Virus record (IMG/VR): IMGVR_UViG_3300030339_000003
Location: 124,001 to 188,000 of that record
Reading direction: 5' to 3' (one strand)
Length of the DNA stretch: 64,000 nt
Shown here: in pieces, positions 47,468 through 57,692 of the stretch
How the letters are laid out: each line of letters opens with the position of its first letter
How positions within the stretch are numbered: position 1 is the first letter of the stretch
The notes under the pieces: generated by a model
Seen by the model: the letters and a program-made list of their open reading frames with translations, nothing else
What the model was told of the DNA's origin: nothing
Databases searched by the model: none
Program-made: the position numbers and the translations under genes

Positions 47468-47487
47468 TAAGTAATATAGACTTATAA
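47468..47487 (-). promoter_or_regulatory. early promoter (TATATTAC)
   Basis: Minus strand TTATAAGTCTATATTACTTA. Confidence 0.75.
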
Positions 47488-47543
47488 TTATTTATAATCT
47501 AAAAGAGAAGTTAAGTTGCGGGCTACCGCAACTTAACCATTAT

Positions 47544-48398
47544 TTAAAAGATACTCAGCGGGTTAGCACGCACTAATGTGTGTTTGGTATTACGGGTAGC
47601 AGCCAAACGTTGCATCATTGCTTCTAAGCCAGTAAATGATTCCATACCGGCGTAGCGCTCCATTACTTTAGGGTTAGAACGAATACGTTCCCAGCTGTCC
47701 AACAGATCTTCGGTTTCTACAACAAATTCAGATTCTTTATCGTAGATATCCATACCGTTGTTTGCTGCTGCTAAGAATTGTTCACAACCCGCAGTAAGGT
47801 GTTTACACGCAGTATGTTCGCCAGGTTCCCAAACCAAATCAACACCAGTGAAGTATTCGATTTGACGGTCTTTCCCTTTTACCTGAGGAGCAGTAACAGT
47901 ACGCATACTTAACGCAGTATTGATATCAGGATTCGTTAATGAGTCCTGAGCAATTTGCTTATGAGTACCAAACGGAATAACTTCTGCTTGTAACTGCACC
48001 GGGTCATAACGACCGCCCATCATGTTGAAGTGGATCTTACGGATGTGTAATGCGACGTTATCATCCATAATAGTACGGAGACGCATAATCCATTCGAATT
48101 CTTCAGTAATAGGTGTACGGCAAACTACACCATTAACCTTTTCAAAATAGAAAGGTTTAGGGTGCCCCAGTTCTGCATAAACTTCGCCACGTGCAACACG
48201 ACGGTGTAAATCAGAATTAGGATTCATACATTCCATTACATAATCATTGACCACGTAACGGTGACCTAAACGTAACGGAGCATTTAACATCCCCGCATTC
48301 ATAAGGTAATACCCGGTATCATCCATGGGTGACAAAGCACCCTTCTTACCAGTTTGGGCTAACAAGGTATTACCGAATGTTAAAGTATTAGTCGACAT
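47544..48398 (-). CDS. prohead (head maturation) protease (phiKZ gp175-like)
   Basis: ELGHP His motif, ALSMR Ser motif, VDLVWEPG; C-terminal AGCE/AGME/TGLE autocleavage-like sites; synteny. Confidence 0.88.
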   Translation of the reverse strand: MSTNTLTFGNTLLAQTGKKGALSPMDDTGYYLMNAGMLNAPLRLGHRYVVNDYVMECMNPNSDLHRRVARGEVYAELGHPKPFYFEKVNGVVCRTPITEEFEWIMRLRTIMDDNVALHIRKIHFNMMGGRYDPVQLQAEVIPFGTHKQIAQDSLTNPDINTALSMRTVTAPQVKGKDRQIEYFTGVDLVWEPGEHTACKHLTAGCEQFLAAANNGMDIYDKESEFVVETEDLLDSWERIRSNPKVMERYAGMESFTGLEAMMQRLAATRNTKHTLVRANPLSIF

Positions 48399-49122
48399 CA
48401 GTCGGTATCCCTCTAATCAGACGGTCTAAATTAGACACTTTATCGGCAGGCTTAATAATTGCTGATAACAGGTTGTCCGCTAAATAACCACCCATGATCT
48501 TACTGAACGAATCATTAATCAACATGGATGGGTTATTCAGACCTACGATAACTGGCTCTCTGCCTTCTTTCATCGCTTTACTACCACGATAAGGTTTTTC
48601 CAAGTCATCCGGGTCACGGTAAATAATGGATGCCAATACACGCATAACGTGAGGACTGGAACCCACTGCTTTACCTATTTCAGAGCGCGCTGAATCGAAA
48701 AGAGAACTGTGTGCTTTATAATCCATATACCAAGGTATTTTGGCATAGTTCACAAATTCCATGAAATAGAAATAAGGAACGTTTGGATCTATAGATGCTT
48801 GAATGTTTTCAAAGACAATATCGCCTTCACGAAACACCATGCAAATATATTTGTCGCCTTTAACACTAACATCACGCATTTCACTTGGGAACATACGCAT
48901 TGGAAGCATAGACGTCCAGCACATATAACACTCATCAGGAATAACAAAACCTAATACCGGCAATACCGAAACGTAGTCAATAACTTCCGCCATTTTGTTT
49001 TGTATAAACCGTTGAGGGAAATATACATTCAATTCACGATTGGCAACTACTGAACCGTCATCCAGAACAGTAATTGCCTTACGCACTTTATTCGGGTCTT
49101 TCACCAAATCAGTGAGTTCCAT
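48388..49122 (-). CDS. conserved-type protein (phiKZ gp176-like position)
   Basis: Synteny, 244 aa. Confidence 0.7.
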   Translation of the reverse strand: MELTDLVKDPNKVRKAITVLDDGSVVANRELNVYFPQRFIQNKMAEVIDYVSVLPVLGFVIPDECYMCWTSMLPMRMFPSEMRDVSVKGDKYICMVFREGDIVFENIQASIDPNVPYFYFMEFVNYAKIPWYMDYKAHSSLFDSARSEIGKAVGSSPHVMRVLASIIYRDPDDLEKPYRGSKAMKEGREPVIVGLNNPSMLINDSFSKIMGGYLADNLLSAIIKPADKVSNLDRLIRGIPTDVD

Positions 49123-49134
49123 AATTGGTCCGCG

Positions 49135-50649
49135 TTATTTATTGGTAAACAGCATGTTAACTAAATAGTTAATTACTGCAACGTGTAGGACTTTACGCTG
49201 GTCAACTTCAGTTGCCGTGTGGTGACTGTGAACGCCGACTTCACGCAAGATCTGACTAGCGTCTTTACAGCCAATGCCATCTAAGAAATTGTTAACTAAA
49301 CCGCATTCTTCAATAGCAACAGAAACGTGTTTGTTTTCACGCGCTACAGTGTAATTGATGCTTTCGCCGTAATTAACAGGTAACACTTTTGTAATCAATG
49401 CATCAATGTTACCCGCGTAAACAGTTTTAACAACTTCATCCAGTTCCGGAGAATGTTCAACAAAATGGATAATGGCTTTACGAATCGCGTCGTTCAAAAC
49501 GGAAGAACGTTCTTTTCCGACAACTTCGTTAAGAGCATTAACAATATTGTTATAACCTTTACGAGCAGAACTAAAATCAGCAAAATAACCACGAGCTTCT
49601 GCACCATTCAGACCCACATATTTAGTCCAGAAATACGCAGTAACAATTTCAGACATAGTGATCTTTGATTCGACACACATGTCAACACCAGTTGTGTTAT
49701 AGAACACATTGGCTTTTGCTTTAACGCGTTTGAATGGACGAACACCAGCAACAGGAGCAACTTCACGAATGCTACCGTCAGTCAGTTCAACAACACGTAA
49801 TGGAGAATCAGCCAGCGTAGAAGCGGCGACCTTCAATTCAATCAATGCTTCGGTATAGGCGTCAAACAAAGTACCCACTAAAGCACGATACGCTTCCAGA
49901 GAACCTGCAGTCAGACCTTCGAACGGTTCATCTGTCTTTGCCATTTTAGCTAAGAAAATGTACTGAACGAAAATGGTATCCATGCGTGTAATACGTGGCT
50001 GAGTAAAGTCAATAGATTCTTTCTCGTAATCGACTGCAAACGGTAAAGAATAGAAATTTGACATACTGGACAGCGCGTCTGTCAAATCAACGTTTGATGA
50101 CATCAACAGCTTTTTGATTTCTGGATTATCAATATCCAACCAATCAATGATCTTACGCGAATCCCAACGTGCAAATGTAACTTTCGGGAAATTCGTTTTG
50201 CGGTAATCTGCAAAGCTTAAAGATGGGTTAGACTTTGCAGTCGGGTAATACAGTGAGCTAAAGAATGGATGATCGGTTTTAACAAATTCCAGTTCCAGGT
50301 CATCTGATAAGAAGTTATTCAGACTGCCACAGAAATCGTTTTCAAACACCGGATATAAACGTTCTTCGAGCAACGTCGCAAAAGGTTTGGCGTAAGCGCG
50401 AATTTGGTCAAAGATAGTACGAACTTTTTCTGATAAAATATCTGTTACGTTCTCAAACGTATTCAGATAATCACCATTGGTCGCAGAGTTCTGTGTTACG
50501 ACCGCACGATAGTTGTCGCTAGTGATTGGAAGAGCGCCACCTAATTGATCGTTTAACGCAATAACCACCGGACTAAGACGTGGGGTGATATCTTTATCAG
50601 TTGATACTGCCAATGTTTCAGCAATAGCAAGGTTTGTTGTATTGATCAT
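49135..50649 (-). CDS. conserved-type protein (phiKZ gp177-like position)
   Basis: Synteny, 504 aa. Confidence 0.7.
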   Translation of the reverse strand: MINTTNLAIAETLAVSTDKDITPRLSPVVIALNDQLGGALPITSDNYRAVVTQNSATNGDYLNTFENVTDILSEKVRTIFDQIRAYAKPFATLLEERLYPVFENDFCGSLNNFLSDDLELEFVKTDHPFFSSLYYPTAKSNPSLSFADYRKTNFPKVTFARWDSRKIIDWLDIDNPEIKKLLMSSNVDLTDALSSMSNFYSLPFAVDYEKESIDFTQPRITRMDTIFVQYIFLAKMAKTDEPFEGLTAGSLEAYRALVGTLFDAYTEALIELKVAASTLADSPLRVVELTDGSIREVAPVAGVRPFKRVKAKANVFYNTTGVDMCVESKITMSEIVTAYFWTKYVGLNGAEARGYFADFSSARKGYNNIVNALNEVVGKERSSVLNDAIRKAIIHFVEHSPELDEVVKTVYAGNIDALITKVLPVNYGESINYTVARENKHVSVAIEECGLVNNFLDGIGCKDASQILREVGVHSHHTATEVDQRKVLHVAVINYLVNMLFTNK

Positions 50650-50658
50650 TATCAGCCC

Positions 50659-50829
50659 TTATTCTTCAGCAGTTAAATGACGGTTGATAGCCTTGCTGAT
50701 CTTTTCATCTTTGATCGCAGGTTCCAAAGGCGCCATGAATTCAAGGCCGATTTTCTTAATGGTGGCGTTGACTACGGCTTCAATGTTTGCAATGCTGATG
50801 ACATTACCAACGAATACATCATTGTCCAT
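50659..50829 (-). CDS. 56-aa hypothetical protein
   Basis: MDNDVFVGNVISIANIEAVVNATIKKIG..., TAATG-coupled to the endolysin stop; below the ORF-track cutoff. Confidence 0.6.
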   Translation of the reverse strand: MDNDVFVGNVISIANIEAVVNATIKKIGLEFMAPLEPAIKDEKISKAINRHLTAEE

Positions 50830-51698
50830 TATTTAGTTCTCCGGTTAACGAGTTGCATACCTTCAAAATAAGACGCGTAAATACGCTGACTGATTTCGCC
50901 AATGGTGATGAGGTTATCTTTATTGACGTCAAGCCCGGCGTTCTGAGTATAACCCGTTTGACCTTTAGTAAAGATCACTTCATTTGGATTATGCCCAATA
51001 GCTTTAGGATAGAAGACGCTCAGATAGAAATCATCAAGACGAGTAAATTTACCGTACTGTTTCATACGCATTTCAAAATACTTGAATACGTATTGCAATT
51101 GGTCACGTTGGCTCAGACCTTTCAGGAAGGCCAAGGTTACGCCCATGTCAGAAGCAGCACCTTTCATGAACTGAATCAGGCCGTAAGCTTCAGCACCCGC
51201 CATATTTTGTTTAGCAGGGTCAAACGTACCAGCCGACTCAAAGCCCATAATACCCATACAACAATGAGCGCCACGCCAACCTAAACCAACTGTCGGTTTA
51301 TCAGCCCAGTCTTTAACGTCCTGAGTAAATTCAACAGGAACACGTTTAGACCAACAAATATCCCATTCCGGTAATTTGTTATCTGCACGGTATTCTTTGT
51401 TGATAGTGTAGAAGGCAAAGGATGTACCGTCGCCATAAAGACCATCGGCTGTACCAGAGTAAAGACCCAATACTTTTAACGCTGTTTGTAAGTCTTTCAA
51501 AATGCCGTCTGGAGTAAGGGTGCCGAACAGGCCACCCGGAACAGTTACATTACGTTTCTTAGCGGCTAACGCTAATAACATGTTAGCCGCTTTAATGCTA
51601 CCGCCACCCCAAACGCCATCAATGGCACCTGCATATAAACGTGATTCGCTCAAGCCTACTTGCAGATCTTTAATTGCATTGATGCCGCTGTTAATCAT
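50829..51698 (-). CDS. modular endolysin: peptidoglycan-binding repeats + lysozyme/transglycosylase-like domain
   Basis: LQ..L...LY.G..DG.WG/YG repeats; FESAGTFDP (catalytic Glu) and YGLIQF motifs. Confidence 0.85.
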   Translation of the reverse strand: MINSGINAIKDLQVGLSESRLYAGAIDGVWGGGSIKAANMLLALAAKKRNVTVPGGLFGTLTPDGILKDLQTALKVLGLYSGTADGLYGDGTSFAFYTINKEYRADNKLPEWDICWSKRVPVEFTQDVKDWADKPTVGLGWRGAHCCMGIMGFESAGTFDPAKQNMAGAEAYGLIQFMKGAASDMGVTLAFLKGLSQRDQLQYVFKYFEMRMKQYGKFTRLDDFYLSVFYPKAIGHNPNEVIFTKGQTGYTQNAGLDVNKDNLITIGEISQRIYASYFEGMQLVNRRTK

Positions 51699-51701
51699 AA
51701 A

Positions 51702-54700
51702 TTACTTCCCTCTATAAATGCTAATAAATTTATCTTTAACCGCATAACTAAATTCAGTAACAACGGCTTTGTTACGTAAACTTATTACCATACGTTTAAA
51801 CATGGATTTGAAACTGAACTTTAATGGTACAGGACGACCGTCTTCGGTAAACATTTGTTTGTCAGTAATGTGACCTAACGTACCTTTCATCTGGTTACCA
51901 AATACATATTTATTTGAAATCGCCCCAGTGCCTGTAGTTTCGATAACGATATTGATGCGGACGCTGCCATATGGAATACTGGCTTTCTTAACGTTGATAC
52001 CTGTACCGATACGTACGCTGTCAGGTCCTTTGCCCAGTAACTTACTTAAGCCACGTTGCTTCTTATCATGTTCACGAACCAATGCCTTAATTGATTCAGA
52101 CATATCTTCTTCCGCTGCATTATAAGCAACTTCGATTGCAATGACTTTACCATGATAATGAGACTTGATTTGTTTGATGCCGTACTTATTAGCTTCACTC
52201 AGGATATCGTCTTCCGTCATATATTCATCAATATAGGCTTCGGAGATTTCGCATAAAATCGAGTCGTACTCAACACTATCCCCAATTTTGCGTTTAAAGC
52301 GAACAGATTTGTCTGAATCAACAAGGAATTCATTGTCCTTAGGTAATGGTGTAATGAATTCCTCAGCCAGACCACGATAGAACTCCATGGAGTCTTCATA
52401 GACTGTCTGGTCTTCAATAAACAACGCGCGTGTCATACGACCCGTTTTAAGGGACACCTGGCCAGGGTTGTAAATATCAGGAGCAAACCATTCTTCATCG
52501 TACGCCAATACACGACCTACAGGGAATTTATCCCCAGCAGACAATGACGTAACTAATGTGTGACGATAAAGATCACCGTCAGCTTTACCTAAACGCAAAC
52601 CTAATTGACAACTATCGGTGGTACCGTCTTCATAAGTGACCGTAATACCATCTTTAGTTATCGCCGTAACCGTACCCGCTTTCTTAGCAACCTTAGAATA
52701 GATATCATCTAAACGGTGAGCTGCTGTAACATCACCACCTGTACGGATAATGTTGGGGGTATAGTTCTTTGCAGATATTGCATGACTTGACTGTATGGAA
52801 GAGAACGATGAACGTTTAGGGTCATCAAGCAAACCACCATAACGTAAACTACCGATAGAACTTAAAAGCTGAGCACCTTTACTTTGTTCTTTGGTGTCAA
52901 TACCACCACGGAAGTCTTCGATGCGTGGGTCCGATGTTAAGAAAGCACTAAAGCCAACTTTACCGGAGTCTTTGTTAGCCTCAGATATTACGCCTTTGTA
53001 AGACTTAAGTTGTCCACGTGTGCGTTTCAACATCGTTTGTTCGTCACGACCTTTGAACCCACCAAAGGTTACATCTTCCTGACTTTTCAAAGCATGGAAC
53101 GGAGACATTTCTTTGACATCACCTTTGGACGAGTCCGTAATGATATTAGTAATGACCGCCTCAGGGTTTAAATCAAATGTCTGATTACCCGTCTTAGGCT
53201 TGCTTTGGAATTGCCTATTAGACTTACACAGCTCAGAATAGATGTGACTAACAAAACGCTCGTAACCGATAACTAATTGTTCTTCAATTTCTACTTCATG
53301 GCGAGTATGGTCATTAACCAACATCTTAACCGCATCAATCAAAAGGTAATGGAACGTTGTACTGTAACCCATCCCCTTTAAACGTTCTTTGGTGATTGGG
53401 TCAATAAACAGATCGAACATGTTTTTCATTTCGTTGAAATGATTAGGCCGCACTTTAGGGTCACCCATTAAAGGAACCCAAATGCCACGCTTGTTCAAAT
53501 CTGCACGACTGAAGTTAATCATGTTGTTTAACTTAGTCATCCCACCAAAGACTAATGCTGTCAAACGATCGCGTTTGTTAAAGATTAAACGCTCGTCATT
53601 AAAGTCTAACGAATACTCGTCTTTATCCAGTTTATAACGTTGACCAGAAGGAATAGTGCGATAGCGTGCTTTCAGAACTTTTAACAGTTCATCAATACCG
53701 AAGTAATAACACAACACAACACCAGCAGGGAAACGATAACCGCCAATATTAATTACAGAATACTCGACTGGCATCTTAGCCATATCGATACCTAACAGGT
53801 CTTCAAAAGCACCTAAGGTTTCTGTACCCACACTGATGTTACCGTATTCATCAACACACATGGCTTTGCCACGATATGTCCCCACAACCCAGTTATCCGG
53901 CTTATTCAAGTTCTTCCATTCAGGATGTTGCTCGATTAAACCGTGGGTATCGAAATCAAAATCTAATGTGCTTTCTTTATAAGGAACCACAATGGTTTTA
54001 AATTTGCGACTTAACATGGTGACGTAACGAGGACTGACGACAGAACGATCGACCAAGTTACCGATAGAGATAAACAATTTCTTTTGACGTGCTAACAACT
54101 GAATACGTTTAATCAATTCATTACCGTAATTATCAGCAACAAATTCACTACGTGTAATGTTAACTTTCTTATCGTAATAAGAAGTCAATACCACACGGTC
54201 TTCAGCGATCTTACGAATGGGCTTTTCGATACGTTGGAATTGGAAATAAGATTTCACACCATCGACCAAAAACATCCCATTGTCGTCAACTGTAGGGAAA
54301 CGGAATACACGCACAGCGGCTTTACCATTAACCGGCATCAGCTGGACTTTAATAACTTGGTAAGAGCCTTCGATATCTTCTACTTGGTCAATTTGGTAAT
54401 CGGCCAAAATAATGCCTGTATTCTGAATGTTCAGAACAGCAGCAGCGATATCTTTATGCATGAACTTTTTAGGGTAATCGTTACGTAACGAAACAACACG
54501 TTGACGTAATAAGGTTTCATCCAATATGGTAGTAAAATCACCACGAATGTCACCACCAATGTCTTTCAGTTCTTCCGGAGTAATCTTAATGAAGTCTTCC
54601 AACGATTGACCATTAGGCATTCCGATGGTTTTATAAGACTCTGCTTTCTTTTCGTAATACTGTTGTTGTTTAACAGTAAGTGAACCTTCTTTAGCCAGTT

Positions 54701-56054
54701 CACGCAAAGCAAGCTTAATACCGGATTCAGGAGTATCAAAGATATCACGTTGAGTTGCAATAGCTTCGCTCACTAACATAGGTTCTAACAACGCATCATC
54801 AATTGGACTTAACCAGTTTAATGCGTCTTCATCACCTAAGGTATCTGCTGTTCCTTCTCCTTCTCCAGTTTTTGGAATAACAGGGTTTCCTGTTCCCTCA
54901 GTTCCATTGCTTGTCGGAACAGATGTGCTTCCTTTACTGCTACTGGTTCCGGTGTCAGTCCGAGGAACCTCTTTAGGCTTGCTGAAAAGATCAGTAATAG
55001 AACGAGGACTAGTATCGTCCTCCCCATTGACATCTTCGCCAGCTTCGACTTCGTCAGATGGTATTTGTACTTGTCCTTCTCCTCCAGCTGAGTCTTCAGT
55101 CTTTTCCGTTCCTCCAGCCAGTCCTCTATTATCTTGTTCTTGGTCATCGGTAATTTCCGGGGTATTGACATGTTGCGTGTTATTAACAAAGTTAATCAAT
55201 AACAAATAGAAACGTTTAACCGCAACAGTAATTTTGGCTTCAGTGTCTTGTAGTGGTTTATACCACGACATCAACATACCTAAGTTAATGATTATTGTAC
55301 GACTACCTGTTACAAACATAAGGTGAACTTTATCTAAGACGTTAGGATCCAGTTTACCAAACAATGATTGTTCAGTGTTACCAGATAAATACATCCACAA
55401 GTCCATCAGCCAATAACAGTTCTCAGCTTTAGTAGCGTGCAAGAAACTATTATCAGGAACAGGTAATCCTTCAACAAAGCTCTTTTCATAACGCACAATG
55501 TCAGCTGTTAATAATTTCCAGCCTGGCATGTTCAATGGTAAATCAATACGAATAAATTGATTACGCATTGGGTGGTTGTGCCCGGTTTCATTAACGCAGC
55601 TAAACAACATGTTCCAGTCGTTATAAGCTTTAAAGAAGTTAATGTATTTATTCGGACTGTATTTCCACCCACGTTGTGCCAAGGCATGGTTTTGTACAAC
55701 TAACCGCGAATCTTTATTATAAACAGCAGAAAGATCACGCATCCATTTATAGTTGTAATGTTTGTTACGATAGAACTTAATTACCGGCGTACTGTTAAAA
55801 GTAACAGGATGACCTTTACCCAAAATGGGAGTGAACCCGAATTGGAAGTCAATATACGTTTCACCTGGGTAATTACTGATAAAGGTTTCTTTAACGCCAG
55901 GACCTTCGTCTTGTTCATGCTTAGGCATATAGTGAATCAAACTACCACGCGGTAAAATGATATCACTAACAGGATGATTGCGTGGAGCCATAATGTCTTG
56001 CTTTTTACGTAAGACGTAGGCTTTGAAGAATTCAGCGTAAGTATAAAGTCTCAT
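51702..56054 (-). CDS. virion RNA polymerase beta subunit (phiKZ gp178-like)
   Basis: 1450 aa; DSGKVG, YEDS and GNQMKG beta-like motifs; synteny. Confidence 0.9.
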   Translation of the reverse strand: MRLYTYAEFFKAYVLRKKQDIMAPRNHPVSDIILPRGSLIHYMPKHEQDEGPGVKETFISNYPGETYIDFQFGFTPILGKGHPVTFNSTPVIKFYRNKHYNYKWMRDLSAVYNKDSRLVVQNHALAQRGWKYSPNKYINFFKAYNDWNMLFSCVNETGHNHPMRNQFIRIDLPLNMPGWKLLTADIVRYEKSFVEGLPVPDNSFLHATKAENCYWLMDLWMYLSGNTEQSLFGKLDPNVLDKVHLMFVTGSRTIIINLGMLMSWYKPLQDTEAKITVAVKRFYLLLINFVNNTQHVNTPEITDDQEQDNRGLAGGTEKTEDSAGGEGQVQIPSDEVEAGEDVNGEDDTSPRSITDLFSKPKEVPRTDTGTSSSKGSTSVPTSNGTEGTGNPVIPKTGEGEGTADTLGDEDALNWLSPIDDALLEPMLVSEAIATQRDIFDTPESGIKLALRELAKEGSLTVKQQQYYEKKAESYKTIGMPNGQSLEDFIKITPEELKDIGGDIRGDFTTILDETLLRQRVVSLRNDYPKKFMHKDIAAAVLNIQNTGIILADYQIDQVEDIEGSYQVIKVQLMPVNGKAAVRVFRFPTVDDNGMFLVDGVKSYFQFQRIEKPIRKIAEDRVVLTSYYDKKVNITRSEFVADNYGNELIKRIQLLARQKKLFISIGNLVDRSVVSPRYVTMLSRKFKTIVVPYKESTLDFDFDTHGLIEQHPEWKNLNKPDNWVVGTYRGKAMCVDEYGNISVGTETLGAFEDLLGIDMAKMPVEYSVINIGGYRFPAGVVLCYYFGIDELLKVLKARYRTIPSGQRYKLDKDEYSLDFNDERLIFNKRDRLTALVFGGMTKLNNMINFSRADLNKRGIWVPLMGDPKVRPNHFNEMKNMFDLFIDPITKERLKGMGYSTTFHYLLIDAVKMLVNDHTRHEVEIEEQLVIGYERFVSHIYSELCKSNRQFQSKPKTGNQTFDLNPEAVITNIITDSSKGDVKEMSPFHALKSQEDVTFGGFKGRDEQTMLKRTRGQLKSYKGVISEANKDSGKVGFSAFLTSDPRIEDFRGGIDTKEQSKGAQLLSSIGSLRYGGLLDDPKRSSFSSIQSSHAISAKNYTPNIIRTGGDVTAAHRLDDIYSKVAKKAGTVTAITKDGITVTYEDGTTDSCQLGLRLGKADGDLYRHTLVTSLSAGDKFPVGRVLAYDEEWFAPDIYNPGQVSLKTGRMTRALFIEDQTVYEDSMEFYRGLAEEFITPLPKDNEFLVDSDKSVRFKRKIGDSVEYDSILCEISEAYIDEYMTEDDILSEANKYGIKQIKSHYHGKVIAIEVAYNAAEEDMSESIKALVREHDKKQRGLSKLLGKGPDSVRIGTGINVKKASIPYGSVRINIVIETTGTGAISNKYVFGNQMKGTLGHITDKQMFTEDGRPVPLKFSFKSMFKRMVISLRNKAVVTEFSYAVKDKFISIYRGK

Positions 56055-57667
56055 TTATTTAACCCACTGGTCGCCGCTTTCAATAAGAACGAAACTGGTT
56101 CACTGAAAGGATCATATAAGAAATCGCCTGAACCACTGATGTAGTATTCACGTTTGTTGAAAAGTTCTCTGATTTCATCTTTAGAGTCTTCACTACAAAT
56201 AGAGTTAGTTGTTAACTGGTCACCATCATGGTCGGCATCGAGCGGAGCTGTACGGGTCGGGTCTACACTCAGTGAATCGAAGTAATCTGGCTTATCTGTT
56301 TTGTGCGGGTAATGTAACAGTGTGTCAGTGGGTTCCCAATACTCGTTTAATACAACGCGCTGCTTAGCATTTAACATTGTTTTTAAGTTTACCATCGACG
56401 GGTAAATAGAACCAATCCCGATGATAGGGTAACGCGTTTGTTGGATAAAGGATTCCATGATAGGACGCGCACAATAAATATAAAACATTTCAATGTATGT
56501 CAAAGGTGTAACGTATTTACGGTCACGTCCTTCTGGCAAGTCGTTAATATCAAACAATACACTGACTTCTTTACCGTCATCATAAACTAAACCTAAGTAA
56601 CAACCATTTACGGTAATTACGCGGTTACGCACACTGGGTTCTTTAAACCCGTTAAACATTTTAATCAAGCCTTCGGTGGTTGTCCATTTGTCCAACACAC
56701 TTGGATTCAATTCTTCATAGGTATAGCTTAACGTTTTAGGGTCAATCAATTTCACGTTTGCAGAACCCATGGTGAAAACTTGTTCAATAAAGTTTTTCAT
56801 TAAAGCATGGATACACACATACTGGAAATTCATTAATCCTTGGTACAACCCGATATCTGAAGAATTTGGGTTTACGCCATCATCATCATCTAAACGTTGA
56901 CGACTGACTTTACGTGCTGTGATGATATTACGAACACCACCAATAATACCACGCGTACCAATCTTACGTTGAATGAAACCACCTTTACCATCTAACAGAT
57001 CAAAGACATAATCGTCGATGGTGTTCATTGCAGATTGTAATCCCCAGCGAACATTGTCATATAAAGGGTTAGCTTCATCACCAGGCGAGATATTTTGTAC
57101 TGCGCGGGTTTTAAACATTAACTTACGATACAGTTCATTGATCTCGGGTTCAGTCACTTTACCAGAAGGTGAGAACTCGATGTCGCGTAAGCCAGCTGGC
57201 GGAACGATGATGCGATGATGTAGGGCAATGTCCTTATAATCGTTTACAACCTGTATACGCTGTTTACGACGCGAGGATTGATTAAGTTTAGGATCGATCA
57301 CACCGAAGTATTGCATAAAGAATGAAAAACCGGTTTGACCATCCAAAACGTTGGATTTTATGAAATCCTTTTCGACAGGATCCCACACAGCATATACTGC
57401 GCCTTTAATAATTCCGGCGTATAGTGCTTTTAGTTTGATCAAGGAATCAAAGTAAGTGGGGTTAAAGATAGGAAGGTAAGTGCGAATAAACGCTTCCGTA
57501 GTATCACGCGTATCAGTGCCGACGCGACCAAAGATTTCAACAGAAAACAATCCATCTGGATTAAAGTTTTGGGTCATGCCCTCAAAACTGTCTGTAGAAG
57601 AAACCTCTTTATACAGTCCTGGTACAACAGTATTGGGATCCAATAAAGAAATTTTAGTGGGTTTCAT
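56051..57667 (-). CDS. virion RNA polymerase beta' N-subunit (phiKZ gp180-like)
   Basis: DGLFSVEIFG, VPPAGLR, DGKGGFI, TRYP and catalytic DADHDGD motifs. Confidence 0.93.
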   Translation of the reverse strand: MKPTKISLLDPNTVVPGLYKEVSSTDSFEGMTQNFNPDGLFSVEIFGRVGTDTRDTTEAFIRTYLPIFNPTYFDSLIKLKALYAGIIKGAVYAVWDPVEKDFIKSNVLDGQTGFSFFMQYFGVIDPKLNQSSRRKQRIQVVNDYKDIALHHRIIVPPAGLRDIEFSPSGKVTEPEINELYRKLMFKTRAVQNISPGDEANPLYDNVRWGLQSAMNTIDDYVFDLLDGKGGFIQRKIGTRGIIGGVRNIITARKVSRQRLDDDDGVNPNSSDIGLYQGLMNFQYVCIHALMKNFIEQVFTMGSANVKLIDPKTLSYTYEELNPSVLDKWTTTEGLIKMFNGFKEPSVRNRVITVNGCYLGLVYDDGKEVSVLFDINDLPEGRDRKYVTPLTYIEMFYIYCARPIMESFIQQTRYPIIGIGSIYPSMVNLKTMLNAKQRVVLNEYWEPTDTLLHYPHKTDKPDYFDSLSVDPTRTAPLDADHDGDQLTTNSICSEDSKDEIRELFNKREYYISGSGDFLYDPFSEPVSFLLKAATSGLNK

Positions 57668-57692
57668 TTGATATTCCTGAAAGAGGGTTCAC

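Noticed and set aside
50677-50871. 64-aa plus-strand ORF
   Set aside because: Shadow of the 56-aa minus-strand gene coupled to the endolysin
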